This document shows, in pieces, positions 12,257 to 26,570 of a DNA stretch of 64,000 bases. The position numbers were made by a program, and so were the translations under genes. Source of the stretch: Eledone cirrhosa. Its lineage: Eukaryota. The stretch spans positions 183,086,001 through 183,150,000 of the forward strand of contig OZ024742.1 of the NCBI GenBank assembly GCA_964016885.1, written 5' to 3'. Numbering within the stretch: position 1 is the first letter of the stretch; every line of letters begins with the position of its first letter. The notes beneath the pieces are model-generated. The model was not told the origin of the DNA, ran no database searches, and saw nothing but the letters and a program-made list of their open reading frames with translations.

Positions 12257-12285
12257 GTTATTCCGGGTTGAATCGGAGGTAACCA

Positions 12286-12356
<71 letters not shown>

Positions 12357-12503
12357 CACACACATGTATAGCTTGATAACGTCTTCCCCATTGGGTGGCT
12401 TTTAACGCCTCATTGCGTAAGCCGTGTCTGGTGGGTTACAGGCTGGCGTTCAGTTTAGGGTATTTGTTGAGTGTGTAGACAAATAGAAGCAATAACAGTC
12501 ATA

Positions 12504-12815
<312 letters not shown>

Positions 12816-12869
12816 ACATTCATGTTGACATCTCTTGGAAATATATATATATATAATTTGTTTTGCGAG

Positions 12870-13605
12870 GTTTTTGCGAGGACAAAAAAACGGTTCAGTA
12901 CTATACGAACACGCCAGACAACAACATGACGGTAATATAGACAACATAGAAATTTTAATAATATCTAAACATAGAAACGACCCAACAGGTAGGCAAATCA
13001 GAGAAGCGAGCGAAATAGAGCTTAGAAAGCCAAAGCTAAACAGAAAAAATGAATGGAATAACACCAACAACGATACCCAAACAAAAAAACAATACTGACT
13101 TAAGAGAAATATAAATAAATAAATAATAAATAAATATATACAAAAGTACAATAACAACAAACACATATAAACTCACACTAATAAACAAAGATAGAATACA
13201 AAAACCAAAACACATACTCCCAAACGCGAACACACACGCCAAACACTATACACACACGCAAACGCATGCGCAGAGACGGAGACAAAAATGAATATATAAA
13301 TAAATATAGATTAAATAAAAATGGCGTAAACACGACACAATAGGAGGAAACATGATAATAGGACCACTGGTGATGTTGCAGATGTGCAACGAAAGAACTT
13401 TGTTAGACTATATATATATATATATTTATATATATATTTATATCTGTATTTTTGACCGTTGGTCAGTCAATGATAAACATTGATGGCCAAATGAATTAAC
13501 TATGGAGATATAAAAGATGCAGAAACGAAAACCAACCAAACAATGGGTGTGTTCTGTTATTATTTCTGGCAATAATATTACAACAATATGACCCTCCCTA
13601 AGTAT

Positions 13606-13610
<5 letters not shown>
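12870..13610 (+). mobile_element. 5'-truncated Naiad-like Penelope element (GIY-YIG C-terminus plus pLTR)
   Basis: SVLYEHARQQH..HRNDPTGRQIREASEIELRKPKLNRKNEW; hammerhead at ~13363-13404 (CTGGTGA variant); homologous to 61307-62685. Confidence 0.88.
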
Positions 13611-13673
<63 letters not shown>

Positions 13674-15025
13674 CCAAAGATTAATATGGTTCATTGATTA
13701 CTCAATGAATACAGTTTTACAATAGATTAAAAGCACTCAACAGTAAAGTTTTCCTGGAGTTTTTAATATTATTCAAAATATTAAGAAATGAAGATATTCA
13801 CATAATCAAAATATATGCTTTATTATATATATTTCGTCAGATAAAATATATGATTTGATATATGACCTACCTCTACGCTCTTGATATTTCAATTCCTGTT
13901 TTGGCAGTGATTTATTTCATCAAATCTCAGCATTTATATACCACAAATAATAATATGATAAACTTAAAGAAGAAAAGGACGTGGAGCGAATTAGAGATAT
14001 AAGAGAGGGCGTAAAGAGGAGGAAGGCAAGAAAAAATAAATAAATACATACATAAATATTTAAATGAATAAAAATAAATAAATGGATGGATGAATAGAGG
14101 GAGAAGAAAGGAGAAATAACGACAAAAGAGAGGGAACATAAAATATAGGGGGATAGATAGAAAAAACCGTTGTTTTCAAATATTAGGTCAATTGAGGCAA
14201 CCAATCAATTATCATAAACCATTGAATATCTCTTGTATTTGATTATGGTTAAGCTAATTATACTTATATATTATATCAAAATTAATCAATATACATTACT
14301 TTTTATAGCCGACACATAATTAGTTTAATTAAAAAATTATATAATTTAATTTAACTCATTATAGATTATAATTTTTGGTTTAGGTAATATATTCCTTAAG
14401 TATTTTGTTACAACTTTAAACAAATTTTATCTTTAAATCAAATTTAAATAATTATTAAACATGCATTAAAATATATATTAAAATACATGCATATATCACC
14501 ATCAATATATATAATATATTGAGATCATTTTTTATCCGAATTATTTTATTTAAATAGGATATTCTCTTTATAAAATCATTTCTATTCTTTAATTATCATA
14601 TAATTACAGGATTAAATTGCAGTTATATTTACTCTCAAACGTTTTATTTCGTTAATTTATATTTACTTCTGTAATTACATTTTGTTATAGTTTCCTTTTA
14701 AAGATATTCTTATATTATTAAACTACATAATTCATGTCAAATATAATTTAGCAAGCTATTCAAACAGAATAAAAATATTTACGAAGAATGTAAACAAAAG
14801 GAAGATAACTCATTCACCATATGTGAACATTTCAACCATGTATCTACTCTGAAATTTAGTTATATTTCTAAACCTTAAACCAACAATTGTCTAGTTAAAT
14901 ATTGAACTGTACTAATCAAAACATACGATTCAGAGACTCTTAATGAAATTATTCTAATAGATAAAATATCAATAAATTATTACCTCAGTAAGGCAAAAAA
15001 TTATACATATATTTTTTTTTAATTA

Positions 15026-16457
15026 TTAATTGTCAATATTTTTTCGAAACTTGTACAATGCCTGGAATGTTTCACCGAATTTATGTTGGCAGCTGCTGAA
15101 TAATTCATTTTTCTTGTTAATTAAATTGCCATAATTTGTAATTATCAATAGAGTCTCATGATTGCAAAGATTGCAATTTAGCGAAATGGATGCGTTCCGA
15201 GAGGAATTGGCATTCTTTAACCGAGTCCAAGAGATGGAGTATTTAATATTCTTGTCCTTCAAAGACCATATTAATTGTGAGAGTGAGGTTGAAAATGTTT
15301 TATCTGGTTTAGAAAAGGAATTTTTATGATTGTACCAACGAATCTTAAATTTAGATGAAGTGGCACCAATGTAGTTATATATATTATTATTTGTCTTAAT
15401 TGTACATTTATATACTAGATTCTTGTGAAGGTAGTTATTTTGTAAGGGACATTCTGACTTCTTTCTACAGTTACATGTCTTCTCGATGTTATTTCTATAC
15501 TCTAAACTATTCATATTATTATTATTTAAAGGTGTTCTACTATTATTCATATTTAAACTATTATTATTGTTATTCCCATTAACTAATGTATTATTATTAT
15601 TATTGTTATTATCGCTATTTATATGTTGGTTCAAATTAAGATTTTTACTATTTATTTTGCTATATTTTGAACAATATTCATAGTTGTTGAATAAGAGAGT
15701 TTAACTGTGTATCTATTGAAGATGGAGTAATATTTATGTGATCTAGGGAAGCATTTATCCAAGGCTTTAAAAAATAAGTGTGCTAAAGGTGTTTTAATAG
15801 CTAAAGATGCTGGGGGAGCATACCAAATTATAGATCTAGTTCTTATTTTTTTCCCCGATTTATTCCTCAAGTTGTTGTTTTTAGAGTCAATTTTATTATT
15901 ATTATTATTTGGCAGTATCGGTAGACGGTCGAACATGCTTTCTAGTATAGAGTTACGTCCCTTTACGATCTGAGTTCAAATCCCGCCGAGGTTAACTTTG
16001 CCTTTCATCCATACGGGGTCGATAAAATAAAGTACCAGTAATGTACTGAGTAATTGCTGGCCTTGTGCCAAAAGTAGAAGCAATTATTATTATTATGAAT
16101 ACTGTGATTATAATTAATATTATTTTCAGTATTTTTTTCTATATACTCAATATTATTGTTATATCCAGCTTTACGTAACGCTTCGTTATAATATACGGCT
16201 TTACTATTAAATATGGATCTATTAGCAGATAGTCTGGATATTCGTTGTTGCACACTGTTGACTATTGCATTCTTAACGCTTTTAGGATGATTAGAATAAA
16301 AACTAACATAATTTAAGTTCTCATTGAGTTTATGGAAAGGATAATAATGGCCTGAGTTCAAATTAAGAGTTACATCTTATAAAATTAACTATTTTATTGT
16401 TATTTTCTACTTCTAATTTCAGGTCGTGATTTTTAAAAAATTCTATAATTATTTTCT
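15026..16457 (-). pseudogene. Hydra-type Penelope-like element: RT thumb, linker and GIY-YIG endonuclease
   Basis: YPFHKLNENLNYVSFYSNHP, IIWYAPP, CNCRKKSECPL, LVYKC..YIGAT..FKIRWYNH, CNLC, LINKKNELFSSCQH; interrupted by a SINE at ~15908-16085. Confidence 0.85.
15908..16085 (+). mobile_element. tRNA-derived SINE (family B) inserted in the PLE
   Basis: tggcagtatcggtag..gagttcaaatcccgccgaggttaactttgcc..gtcgataaaataaagtaccag..ggccttgtgcc then (ATT)n; other copies near 18740, 27190, 31550, 31750, 37440, 38400, 38625, 44735, 46908-47717, 48540, 57505. Confidence 0.85.
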
Positions 16458-16461
16458 TTAA

Positions 16462-18174
16462 GATGCGGTAAATCCGAGTCGGCTTACGCTGACGACGTCA
16501 GCATGGTGGTGTCGAGCACCAGACACTTCCAGATGCTCGGCACCGCTCTCAAGGAATACGAAGCGGTGACTGGAGTAAAGATAAACCAGGAAAAGTCGGT
16601 GGGCTTGCAGCTCAGCACCTGGAGAGGCAAGTCCATGCCGTCTGAGAGCGTCGTGGGGCGTTGGACGGACGGACCGGTTAAATTGGTCGGGGTCTGGTTC
16701 GGACCGGACCTCCAGATGGAGAAAAACTGGAGCGAGGTGACGAGCAGGGTGGTCTCCCTCACCCAGAAATGGGCCGAGAGGTAGCTGTCCCTGAAAGGCC
16801 GGGCGGAGGTGGCGAATGCGTATATCGCATCCGTCATCTGCTACCGCCTCACCGTCGTCCCTTGCCCCGGCCCAACTCTCACCAAAATGGAGCGCTTCTT
16901 CTTCCGCTTTTTGTGGAAGGGACGAGCTCCCATAGTCAGACAATCCATCTGCTGTCAATACCCGATGCGTGGAGGACTGGGCATGCCATGGCTGATGATG
17001 CGCAGACATGCGCTAGAGCTGCGACATGTCTGGTGCTTCCTTGACGGTGAACAGGTGTGGTCGCCGTTCGCCAGGCACGTTTTCCCACAGCTCGTCTCCT
17101 TGACGGAACTGAAGTCCTAGGTCAGGAAAAGACCGAGGGATAGCGCTTGGAAACTGGAATGTCTCCAGGCGCTGACTGTCCTCTGCCAGCTGGGCACCAG
17201 TATCTGTGGAACCTCGGCGTTCTATAGAGGACTAGTGGAGAGGAAGAGTGACGACGTTCTCGGAGAGATCCTGGGCGTCGAAGAAAATCAGTTGTTTGCT
17301 CTCTTCCAGCCCAGGGCCTATGGATAACTTCCAGAAATCCCTGGCTTGGTAGTGCTACCGGGGAGCTTTGCCGGTTCGAGATGAGCTCTACAGGCACGGA
17401 AGTCCCGTCAGTCGAGCCTGACCGAGATGCGCGCAGAGCGACGAAACCGTCGTGCACGCACTCGTTCAGTGCCCGAGCATTGCTGACTTGTGGAGCTATG
17501 TAGAACAGTTGCTGTCGCGTGTAGGACCGATCCGGTTATCGACTGAGTCCATTGTGCAGATGGTCTCGCCGTCTTCCTTCGAGGAGGAAGGGCAGGCGGT
17601 TTTCATCTGCCTGGTGGCCATGGCGAAAGAGATTGTGTGGTGGACAAGGTTGAAAGGGTTAAAGACAGACACTTTCCTCTTCGGCAAATCCCTGATTATC
17701 TTTTTCAAGTTTCACTTGAAGAGGAAAATCAGGGTGGAGAGGCAAGTGCTGTCTTCTAGCAAGTTTGTTGAAAGGTGGGTGAATGTAGCGAGAATGGTCC
17801 GAGTGAACGGGACCGCTTTGAATATACGCTTGTAGTTTGAGGAATGGAAAAAAATTGAGAGAGGGCGCTTGCCCTGCTGGTCAGGGTGGCCGTGATCTTT
17901 TGTGTGGTTTTCGCCACGAGTAACCTTCGGAGGTTTCCTCCCTATTGGGGAATGTTTCATTGTTTGAATTTTCATTTTTATTGTTTATATATATATATAT
18001 GTTTCTATGTCTTTTTTCTTCTTCGTTTCTTATATAAATAATAAAAATCTTTACACGCAACAAAACCCACATCGTACCGTCCTGTACCGTCCCGTGCCGT
18101 CTGTAATGTTTTTCTTGATGTTAGCCCTTGTGGCCAATAAAGAAATCATTATTATTATTATTATTATTATTATT
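16462..18174 (+). mobile_element. 5'-truncated Tx1-group L1 retrotransposon (degraded ORF2)
   Basis: AYADDV, INQEKSVGLQL, GVWFGPD, GGLGMPW, HALVQC; 3' end gcccttgtggccaataaagaaatc(ATT)n; a 3' UTR-only copy lies at ~31915-32103. Confidence 0.92.
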
Positions 18175-18881
18175 TGACATCGTTTAAACTAAACATTTTG
18201 AGAGAGTTTAGAGATACAAACAATAATTATTATGGTGTTGTTAGCTGTTTGACCGAGTCACTAAATCAGTCTATTTATATCTTTTGGTGACTTCCTCGTT
18301 TCTAGTCATGTGTAGTGCCACTACTACCTTCCCTCTCTTAACAGGAGGTAGTGAGGGAATAGTGGTGGTAGAGATGATGCAGTGGTGACGGTGGTGATGG
18401 GATAGTAGTACTGTAGTGATGGTGTTGTTGCTGCCGTTGGTTTGTATCTAGCTAAATTTTGTGTGGTGGTGGTGGTGGTGGTGTTGGTGGTGAAATTATT
18501 TGGCTGTTGTTTTTTTCCATTTGTGATCATTTGTAACCATTTTCTTTTTTTACTATAAAATTTCTGATACAAAATTAAATATTAAATATTGGAACCCTGT
18601 GTCATAGTGTTATGCGTTGTCACTTCCTGAGAGCTAAGACTGGTGTCTTATGTCCCATTTGTAATAAGAATTATTCTATCACAATTGTTTTAAATAAGTA
18701 AAAAATCAAAAAATCAAAAACTTATTATTATTATTATTATACGGCCTCTGCCATTCTGAGTTCAAATCCCGCCGAGGTTAACTTTGCCTTTTATCCTTAC
18801 GGGGTCGATAAAATAAAGTACCAGTAATTCACTGAGTATTTGCTGGCCTTGTGCCAAAAATAGAAACAATTATTATTATCG

Positions 18882-18927
<46 letters not shown>

Positions 18928-18969
18928 TTTTTTGCCCAATTCAATATAAAAGAGATAATTGGCAATAAG

Positions 18970-21900
18970 GGCAGGGGCCCCAGGTATCACAGCCTGAGCC
19001 CGCTCGTCATCGTGCCAAACAAGGCATTTAATATTGGCTGCTGGAACGTACGAATGCTGCTTGACAGGGATGCCTTGGAACGTCCTGAACGAAGGACCGC
19101 TCTTGTTGCAAAGGAACTTCGGCGTTACAATCTTGACATCGTAGCTTTATCTGAGACGAGGTTAGCTGGAGATGGTCACCTTACAGAATTTTGTGGGGAA
19201 TATACATTCTTCTGGAAAGGAAGAGATGAAGGAACCAGAAGAGAGGCTGGGGTAGCATTTGCTGTTAATACTGCTCTTGTGGATAAATTAGAAGAATTCG
19301 CAGTGGGGATTAGTGAGCGTCCATGAGCATTCCGCTGGACAAAGGAAGATATGCGACCCTGGAGAGTGTGCTCGACTATGAATTCTGTCGATGAAGAAAA
19401 AGTGTCTTTTTACCATGCCTTGAAAGGTGTTTTAAGAAATATCCCTCAGGGATGCATCCATGTGGTCTTAAATTTGTTCTTTTGCTGGAACATGGTGTTG
19501 GTAACACACAGATCCAGCTCCTCACACATCTGCATCAGGAGCATACCATTCTTGTTACAATTTCCCACCCGATGCCATCCGATTACATTCATGTGTCAGG
19601 CAGACAAGGTCATCGTGCTTGGTGACTTTAATGCTAGAGTGGGTAGAGATTTTAACACATGAATGTTATCGGATGGCATCGGGTGGGAAATTGTAACAAC
19701 AATGGTATGCTCCTGATGCAGATGTGTGAGGAGCTGGATCTGTGTGTTACCAACACCATGTTCCAGCAAAAGAACACATTTAAGACCACATGGATGCATC
19801 CTGCATCTGAGGAATGGCATCTTTTGGACTACGTCCTTGTCAGGATGCGTGACAGACGGGATGTGCAGTGTGTTCGTGCTCTTCGTGGAGCTGAGTGCTG
19901 GACGGACCACCGCCTGGTACGCGCAAAAGTGAAACTAATCACTAAACGTAAAATCCAGGCTCCTGGTGTTACCCTGCTCAGAAGATTGAATGCTGCTCGT
20001 CTTAGAGATAAAAATGTGAAGAGGACATTGCGAGAAGAGATGCATGTTGCAGATCTTGGTGAGGATTGGCCGACCTTTAAAAAGTCGGTTTATGATGTAG
20101 GCAGGCGTATTCTGGGATTGGTGCAGAGAAAACATCAAGACTGGTTTAAAGAGAATGATGAACATATAAATGACCTGTTGGCTGATAAGAGACGTGCTCT
20201 GTCACGTTACTTGACAGCAAAACCACAGGAGAAGAATATGTTGCATAAGGAACTCAAGGATGTGAAATCACGTGTTAGGCGGAGTCTTTCTCAGATGAAG
20301 GATAAGTGGTGGTGTGAGAAGGCTGATGAAATACAAGCTGCACCAGATTCCAATAACACAAAGCTGCTGTACAGTCTCTTGCGTGAAGTTTATGGACCGT
20401 CTTCTTCTCTGGTGACACCGCTTCGCGGCAAGGATGGCCAGGAACTTCTTCGTAGCCCACAAGGAATTCAACGAAGGTGGCGAGAGCACTTTGATGAACT
20501 TTTTAATCAGCCGTCAGTCGTCAATGAATATTTCCTCAATCTCATTCCTGAAAAACCTGTGAAAGTAGCTCTCGCAGAACCACTGACGCTTGTGAAGGTT
20601 GCAGTAGCTATCTCGAAGCTGAACAGTGGAAGGTCTCCAGGTATGGATGGCATACATGCAGAGCTCTTACAATATGGTGGTGAGAGACTTCTGCAACATC
20701 TTCACTCTTTGTTTGGCAGGATATGGGCTAGTGAATCCATACCTGAGGACTGGAGGGATGCAGTAATGTTGGTCTTGTACAAGGTAAAAGATAACAAAAA
20801 TGATTGTGGAAACTACAGAGGTATATCATTGCTTTCTGTCGTAGGAAAAATTTTATGTAGGGTGCTTCTGGACCGTCTGTTGACATACATTGCAGATTGT
20901 GTTCTTCCTGAAAGTCAATCTGGTTTTCGTGCTGGACGCGGCACTACTGATATGATCTCAGCTAGACAGCTCCAGGAGAAGTGCATGGAACAAGGTTTGG
21001 ATCTGTATCAGGTTTTTGTCGATCTGACAAAAGCTTTCGATACTGTTAGCAGAAATGCATTGTGGAAGGTTCTCAGAAACTTGGTTGCCCTGATAAGTTG
21101 GTTAGATCTTTCCATAACGACATGAAGGCTTGGGTTAATGTCAGAGGTAACATGTCTGAGCCTATCTCAGTAAAAAATGGAGTGAAACAGGGGGATATTC
21201 CAGCACCGACCCTGTTTGCCATATACTTTGCAATGGTTTTCTATATTGCATTCAGGAATTGCGAGTATGGTGTTTACCTCTAATATCGAACCTCAGGCAG
21301 CATATTTAACACCAGGCGCTTTGCTGCAAAAACAAAAGTATTTACATTAATAAAAAGAAACCTTTTGTATGCAGATAATTGCGATCTTGTAGCGCACACA
21401 GAGAGTGATATGCAGCACATTTTGAATGCATTTTCTGATGCTTGCACTGTCCTAGGATTGACTGTCAGTCACAAGAAAACCGTTATCATGTACCAACCTG
21501 CCCCTGGTAAGCAATACAGTGAGCCAAATATCTATGTGTATGGCAAACGACTTGGAGTGGTTGATCAGTTTGTCTACCTGGGAAGCACTGTCAATCGATA
21601 CAGCAACCTTGATAATAATATTCCACTCAGGATTTGGAAAGCAAGTGATGCTTTCGGAAAGCTAGAAAGGCAACTCTGGGGTCGGCGAGACATATGCAAG
21701 AATACAAAGGTAAAGGTGTACAAGGCATGTGTGCTCTCTTCTCTTCTTTATGCCTGCGCGACCTAGGTCACATATCGACACCACCTTAAACAATTGGAGC
21801 GTTTCCATAAGATGTGTCTCAGACGAACCCATGACGTTCACTGGAGGGACCACATCAGTGATGTCGAGATTTTGGAAAGCTCTCTGTGTGACAGCATAGA

Positions 21901-22515
21901 AGCTCTTGTGGTTAAGCAAAGACTCCGTTGGAGTGGTCACCTTGCCAGGATGAATGATTCTAGAATAGCAAAACAACTCTTTTATGGGGAGTTAGTTAAA
22001 GGAAAACGATCTCCACATAAACCAAAAAAGAGGTATACGGATTCGTTGAAAGCCTCTTTGAAAGAGGCTAACATCTCTGCTGATACATGGGAAAATGTTG
22101 CTGCTGATCGTAATAAATGGAGAAAGACTGTATATGAGAGGAAAGTTGCCTTTGAGGCATCTCGAATCGCATACGAGAAAGTAAAGAGGGATGTTGCATT
22201 TCCAGACAGCGAAGGTCCTCCTATGGCGCTGACATGCAGCGTATGTGCGAGACTCTGTCTCAACAAAGCTAGACTCGAAAGTCATCTTCGCAGTCATAAA
22301 GTGCGACCAGTGGTTGACTACCAGGCTGCTGTTGGAGATACTACTTATCATGCCTGCCAAACATGTGGTAGAGAATGTAAATCCGCAGGAGGGTTCAAAC
22401 GACATGGAAAAGTACATGAACTCCAGCTACAGTGAATGTTTTGGTTGCCAACACTGTCCAAGACATTTTAGATCATTGGCTGGGCTAAAAAAGCCGCATT
22501 CGCAACTGTTAATTG
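18970..22515 (+). mobile_element. near full-length RTE-clade LINE (APE endonuclease, RT, C2H2 fingers), inactivated
   Basis: GCWNVR..ALSETRL, LGDFNARVG, LLDYVLV..TDHRLV, SPGMDGI, NYRGISLLS, FVDLTKAFDTV, GVKQG, YADN, RLRWSGHL, CxxC..HxxxH repeats; several stops and frameshifts. Confidence 0.95.
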
Positions 22516-22717
22516 TTATCGCGTGTGTGTGTGTGTGTGTATGTGTGTGTGTGTGTATATGTATATGTGTGTGTGTGTAGATATGTATATGTGTGTGTGT
22601 GTGTGTGTATATATATATTATTGTTTTTATTATTGTTGTTATTATTATTGTCGTTATTATGTTTTTTTGTTGTTTTTTCCTGCATTGGCTATACTCAATA
22701 ACGAGGGGGCAGCCATC

Positions 22718-22755
<38 letters not shown>

Positions 22756-22920
22756 CTGTATTTCAACAGCTAGTTCCGAACTGGGTTCGGATCTAGCTGT
22801 TGAAACGACAGGAGCTCAGCCGTCGGGGTTTCGAATCCTTCATATTACCCACTATACTAACACAAGTATCGAGTACTCTGGTGAGTAATGGTCTAACTCG
22901 TTTTTACTGCATCCATTCTG

Positions 22921-22958
<38 letters not shown>

Positions 22959-22993
22959 TCACACACACACACACATATATATGTATATATATA

Positions 22994-23076
22994 TAGGGTG
23001 TCCCTCAAAAATGTACACACAAAGTGTCTTGAAGTGCGTATACATTTTTTTTGCGGGGGGGGGGGGCACACAGTAT
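22994..23076. mobile_element. small Tc1/mariner-type palindromic MITE
   Basis: ggtgtccctcaaaaatgtacacac pairs imperfectly with gtgcgtatacatttttttg..ggggcac; TA flanks. Confidence 0.45.
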
Positions 23077-23155
23077 ATGTCTTTCACACGCGTAATGTAT
23101 GTATGTATAGATACCGTGAGGAGATAGATGGATTAGTGGACGAATTCATGTGTGG

Positions 23156-23218
<63 letters not shown>

Positions 23219-23448
23219 GCGTTCACATATGTTAACACAGTCATTCATACACACATAGATAAATGAAGGCATACTTCTTCATACGCACAGGCCGTCTTGC
23301 AGCCACGTTTCCAGCCACGTGCCAAACATGTCCGCCTCTCTACAACTGTCCGCCTCAGGTGTGTGGGTGTGCTTAAACAATTGATTGGATTCAACTTAGT
23401 TTGTGTGAGTGGAAGTGTGTCTATTTGTAAAGTATATGTCTATGTATG

Positions 23449-23575
<127 letters not shown>

Positions 23576-24171
23576 CTAGCAGTGGTACCCGGCGTTGCAC
23601 GGGATAAGGTATCGTGAAATATATAACCGCCTTAGCTAAGCTTAGTATTGCCACAACCACGGTTAGCAAAGAAGTAAGGGTCTGGTGGTACGTAAGTAAG
23701 CAACACTGTGGCTTAAAACGTGAGGAAGAAGTTGTGTACACTTACCAGCTGTTTGGGGAATGAGTGTGAGATTTGTCTTGAGCAAGGGTGTCAGAATAAC
23801 CGGAGGCAGCAAACAGCCAGATATACAGACAGATATTATAAGAGCGCGTTTTGGACGCAAAGCGAATTGTAGGAAGTGACGTAATGCAGACAGCTAGACA
23901 TACAGACAGATATTATAAGGGCGCGACGTTATATGTATGTATCTATCTAAAAAGAGAAAGAATAAGAATTATATATAGAGAGAGATCGCTAAATCGCTTA
24001 ATGCGGTCCCTAGGGCATTGAAAGATTGAAATGTCTTTTGCTCAGAACACTCCCTTAAACATAAGTATTACATGTGTAAAGTTTGAAAACAGTCGGTTGG
24101 GTGCTTCTCTAGTTTTAGGGATTCAAACTCACACATACACAGACATACATCCTCAGTTTTATATATATAGA
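23576..24171 (-). mobile_element. non-autonomous Helitron
   Basis: Minus strand starts TC(TATATATA), ends with hairpin cccgtgcaacgccggg 8 nt before the terminal CTAG, inserted between A and T; internal ACAG repeats. Confidence 0.8.
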
Positions 24172-24204
24172 TTGTATGTGATATATGTAACTTTCTGTGT
24201 GCGA

Positions 24205-24296
<92 letters not shown>

Positions 24297-24936
24297 CTGT
24301 GTGTCTGCATGTATGTATGTATATGTATAGACTTATTTATATATACTAAGTTTTGTCTAAAAGTTTCCATGCCAGTACTGTGGTGCAAAATCTAGTACTC
24401 ACCAGATGTTTTGAACGCTTGTGAGTTTGTTTCCCTCAAAACCCAAATGCTTACGACGTATAGTGAATGTGACTGAGCAAACGCAAGCCATCTTTCTTAC
24501 CTTTAGTTTTTATATGGAAATCGTTTGTTCTCATGATTTCATTCGTTATCAAGTTAATAAAATAGCATTTGTTACTTTGTTACCAACAGATCGTTTTCAG
24601 AAAAATTCTATGTGTATGTGTGTATTTATAGACCTGTGTATGTATGTATTTATAGACCTGTGTATGTGTATATTTATAGATGTTTTGAGTATAGACCTGT
24701 TACCCGCGTTTCACAGATGATTGGCTTTGGTCAGGTCCATACCCTCCATTGGTGACCTTGAGCCAATCATCTGCGAAGCGCACGTAACAGGTCGGTACTC
24801 AACAAAAACATGTAAACGAAATATCATCATTATTTCTTGTTATATACACCCTGCTTGTGCATTGAGTGCTCATATTAGTACCACCGCCAGTAATTCACTG
24901 AACCATCTATTCTCTACTACACACACACACACATAC

Positions 24937-25065
<129 letters not shown>

Positions 25066-25084
25066 CGTGTGTGCGTGTGTCTGC

Positions 25085-25142
<58 letters not shown>

Positions 25143-25822
25143 GGATCAAAAGATGGTTAAAAGAGTTCCATGTATTTTATTATGCGCATTTCAAAAACAA
25201 ATATCATCATGCAATAACATTTGTGTTTTCATCAGATAAAATAGGAAGACATGATATGAAGGTTAAAAACACTTGTGGATAGTGCAGTTTTAAATCAACA
25301 TATGAAAAGTAGTTTTAGATTGATGTGTGATATTGGGGAAAAAAAATTTTTGAGGGGAGTGGGGAGGTTGGAAAGGATGAAAAAGAGGAGGAGATGAGAG
25401 TAAAAAGTGGAGGGGAGGAGTATAATGAGGAAGGATGAGATAGGAGGAGAGATGGGTGATAGAGAGAGAGAGAGATAGCTTTTATAACTGAGAAAAATAT
25501 ATTGTTTTACATAGAGAGGTTGAAAAACCGTTGGAAGATAATGTATAAATTAAAAGAATTTGAAAATTAACGAAGAGAAAAATAATGTAAAGTTAAGGTT
25601 TGTATATTGAAGGGTTTAATAATATGTGCGATGAAAAGAAATTGTTAATATGTATTAAGAATAATATTTAAGGGTTAATAATATGCGCATAATCAAATAC
25701 ATGGAACTCTTTTAACCATCTTTTGATCTTATATATTATGTATACTCCAGTCCTACAAACTGTAGAGTGCTTCTTATCCGATATCTGCATTGCTTTATTG
25801 TACTACAATAAAACTCACCTCC

Positions 25823-25826
<4 letters not shown>
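25143..25826 (-). mobile_element. PLE terminal region with inverted partial pLTR (arms 25143-25189 and 25682-25729, plus tail)
   Basis: Inverted arms, hammerhead, GAGTGC tail; the tail recurs at 58712-58806 (-). Confidence 0.8.
25173..25243 (-). ncRNA. type I hammerhead ribozyme
   Basis: TATTTTAT-CTGATGA-aaacacaaat..atttgttttt-GAAA-tgcgca-TA-ATAAAATA; perfect 8-bp stem I, palindromic stem III. Confidence 0.88.
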
Positions 25827-25853
<27 letters not shown>

Positions 25854-26244
25854 TCCTGAGGATGAGCTGTTGAAATCAAATCAAAGATCACTAAGTTTAA
25901 TCGTGGCAAGCGGCCATATATCTTCGTATATGTCAGAAGCCAGTCGGTACATTATTTTTCCTTGATAATTTTAGTTTCTTATATCAACGTCATTCTCAGA
26001 AATGCAATGCTATATTTGGCTGTTTCGCATTGCAAGTTATGTAAAAACTATTTTCTCTTCCCATAATCACACCTGTAAGTATGTTAGTGGTAAAGGAAGT
26101 TTGTAGGTGATTTGAGCGTATTGGGGGTTTTTGTGTATTTTTGTTCGATTTGTGTCTTGTTGTTATGGTTGTTTTCGTTTTTCTTTTGTATTATTTTTTT
26201 TTTGTGGGGGAGGCTATGAAAACATATATGGAATTCATTGGACC

Positions 26245-26570
26245 TCCATGGTTAACGACGATGAGTACTGCATTTATTCAATCAAGAGAACGGCCTGCTC
26301 GTGAAATTAACGTGCAAGTGGCTGAGCATTCCACATACACATGTGCCTCTAACTAAATTCTCAGGAAGATTCAGCGTGACACACCGAGCGACAACGCTGG
26401 GTCTTTGAATCACAGGTACAACCATCCGACGGGCTTCTAAACAGTTTCACTCCACACAGATTCACACATATGGCTTGGATCGATCCGATGCTATGGTAAA
26501 TAACACTTGCTTAAGATGACATGTTAACGGATCGAACCTGTGACCTGATGATTCGGTCATGCTGCATCCA
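26245..26570 (-). mobile_element. SINE fragments of two further families
   Basis: gaaattaacgtgcaagtggctgagcattcca block recurs at ~33530-33680, 34970-35120 and 54430-54720; the second block recurs at ~10045-10170, 33330-33530 and 34530-34690. Confidence 0.6.
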
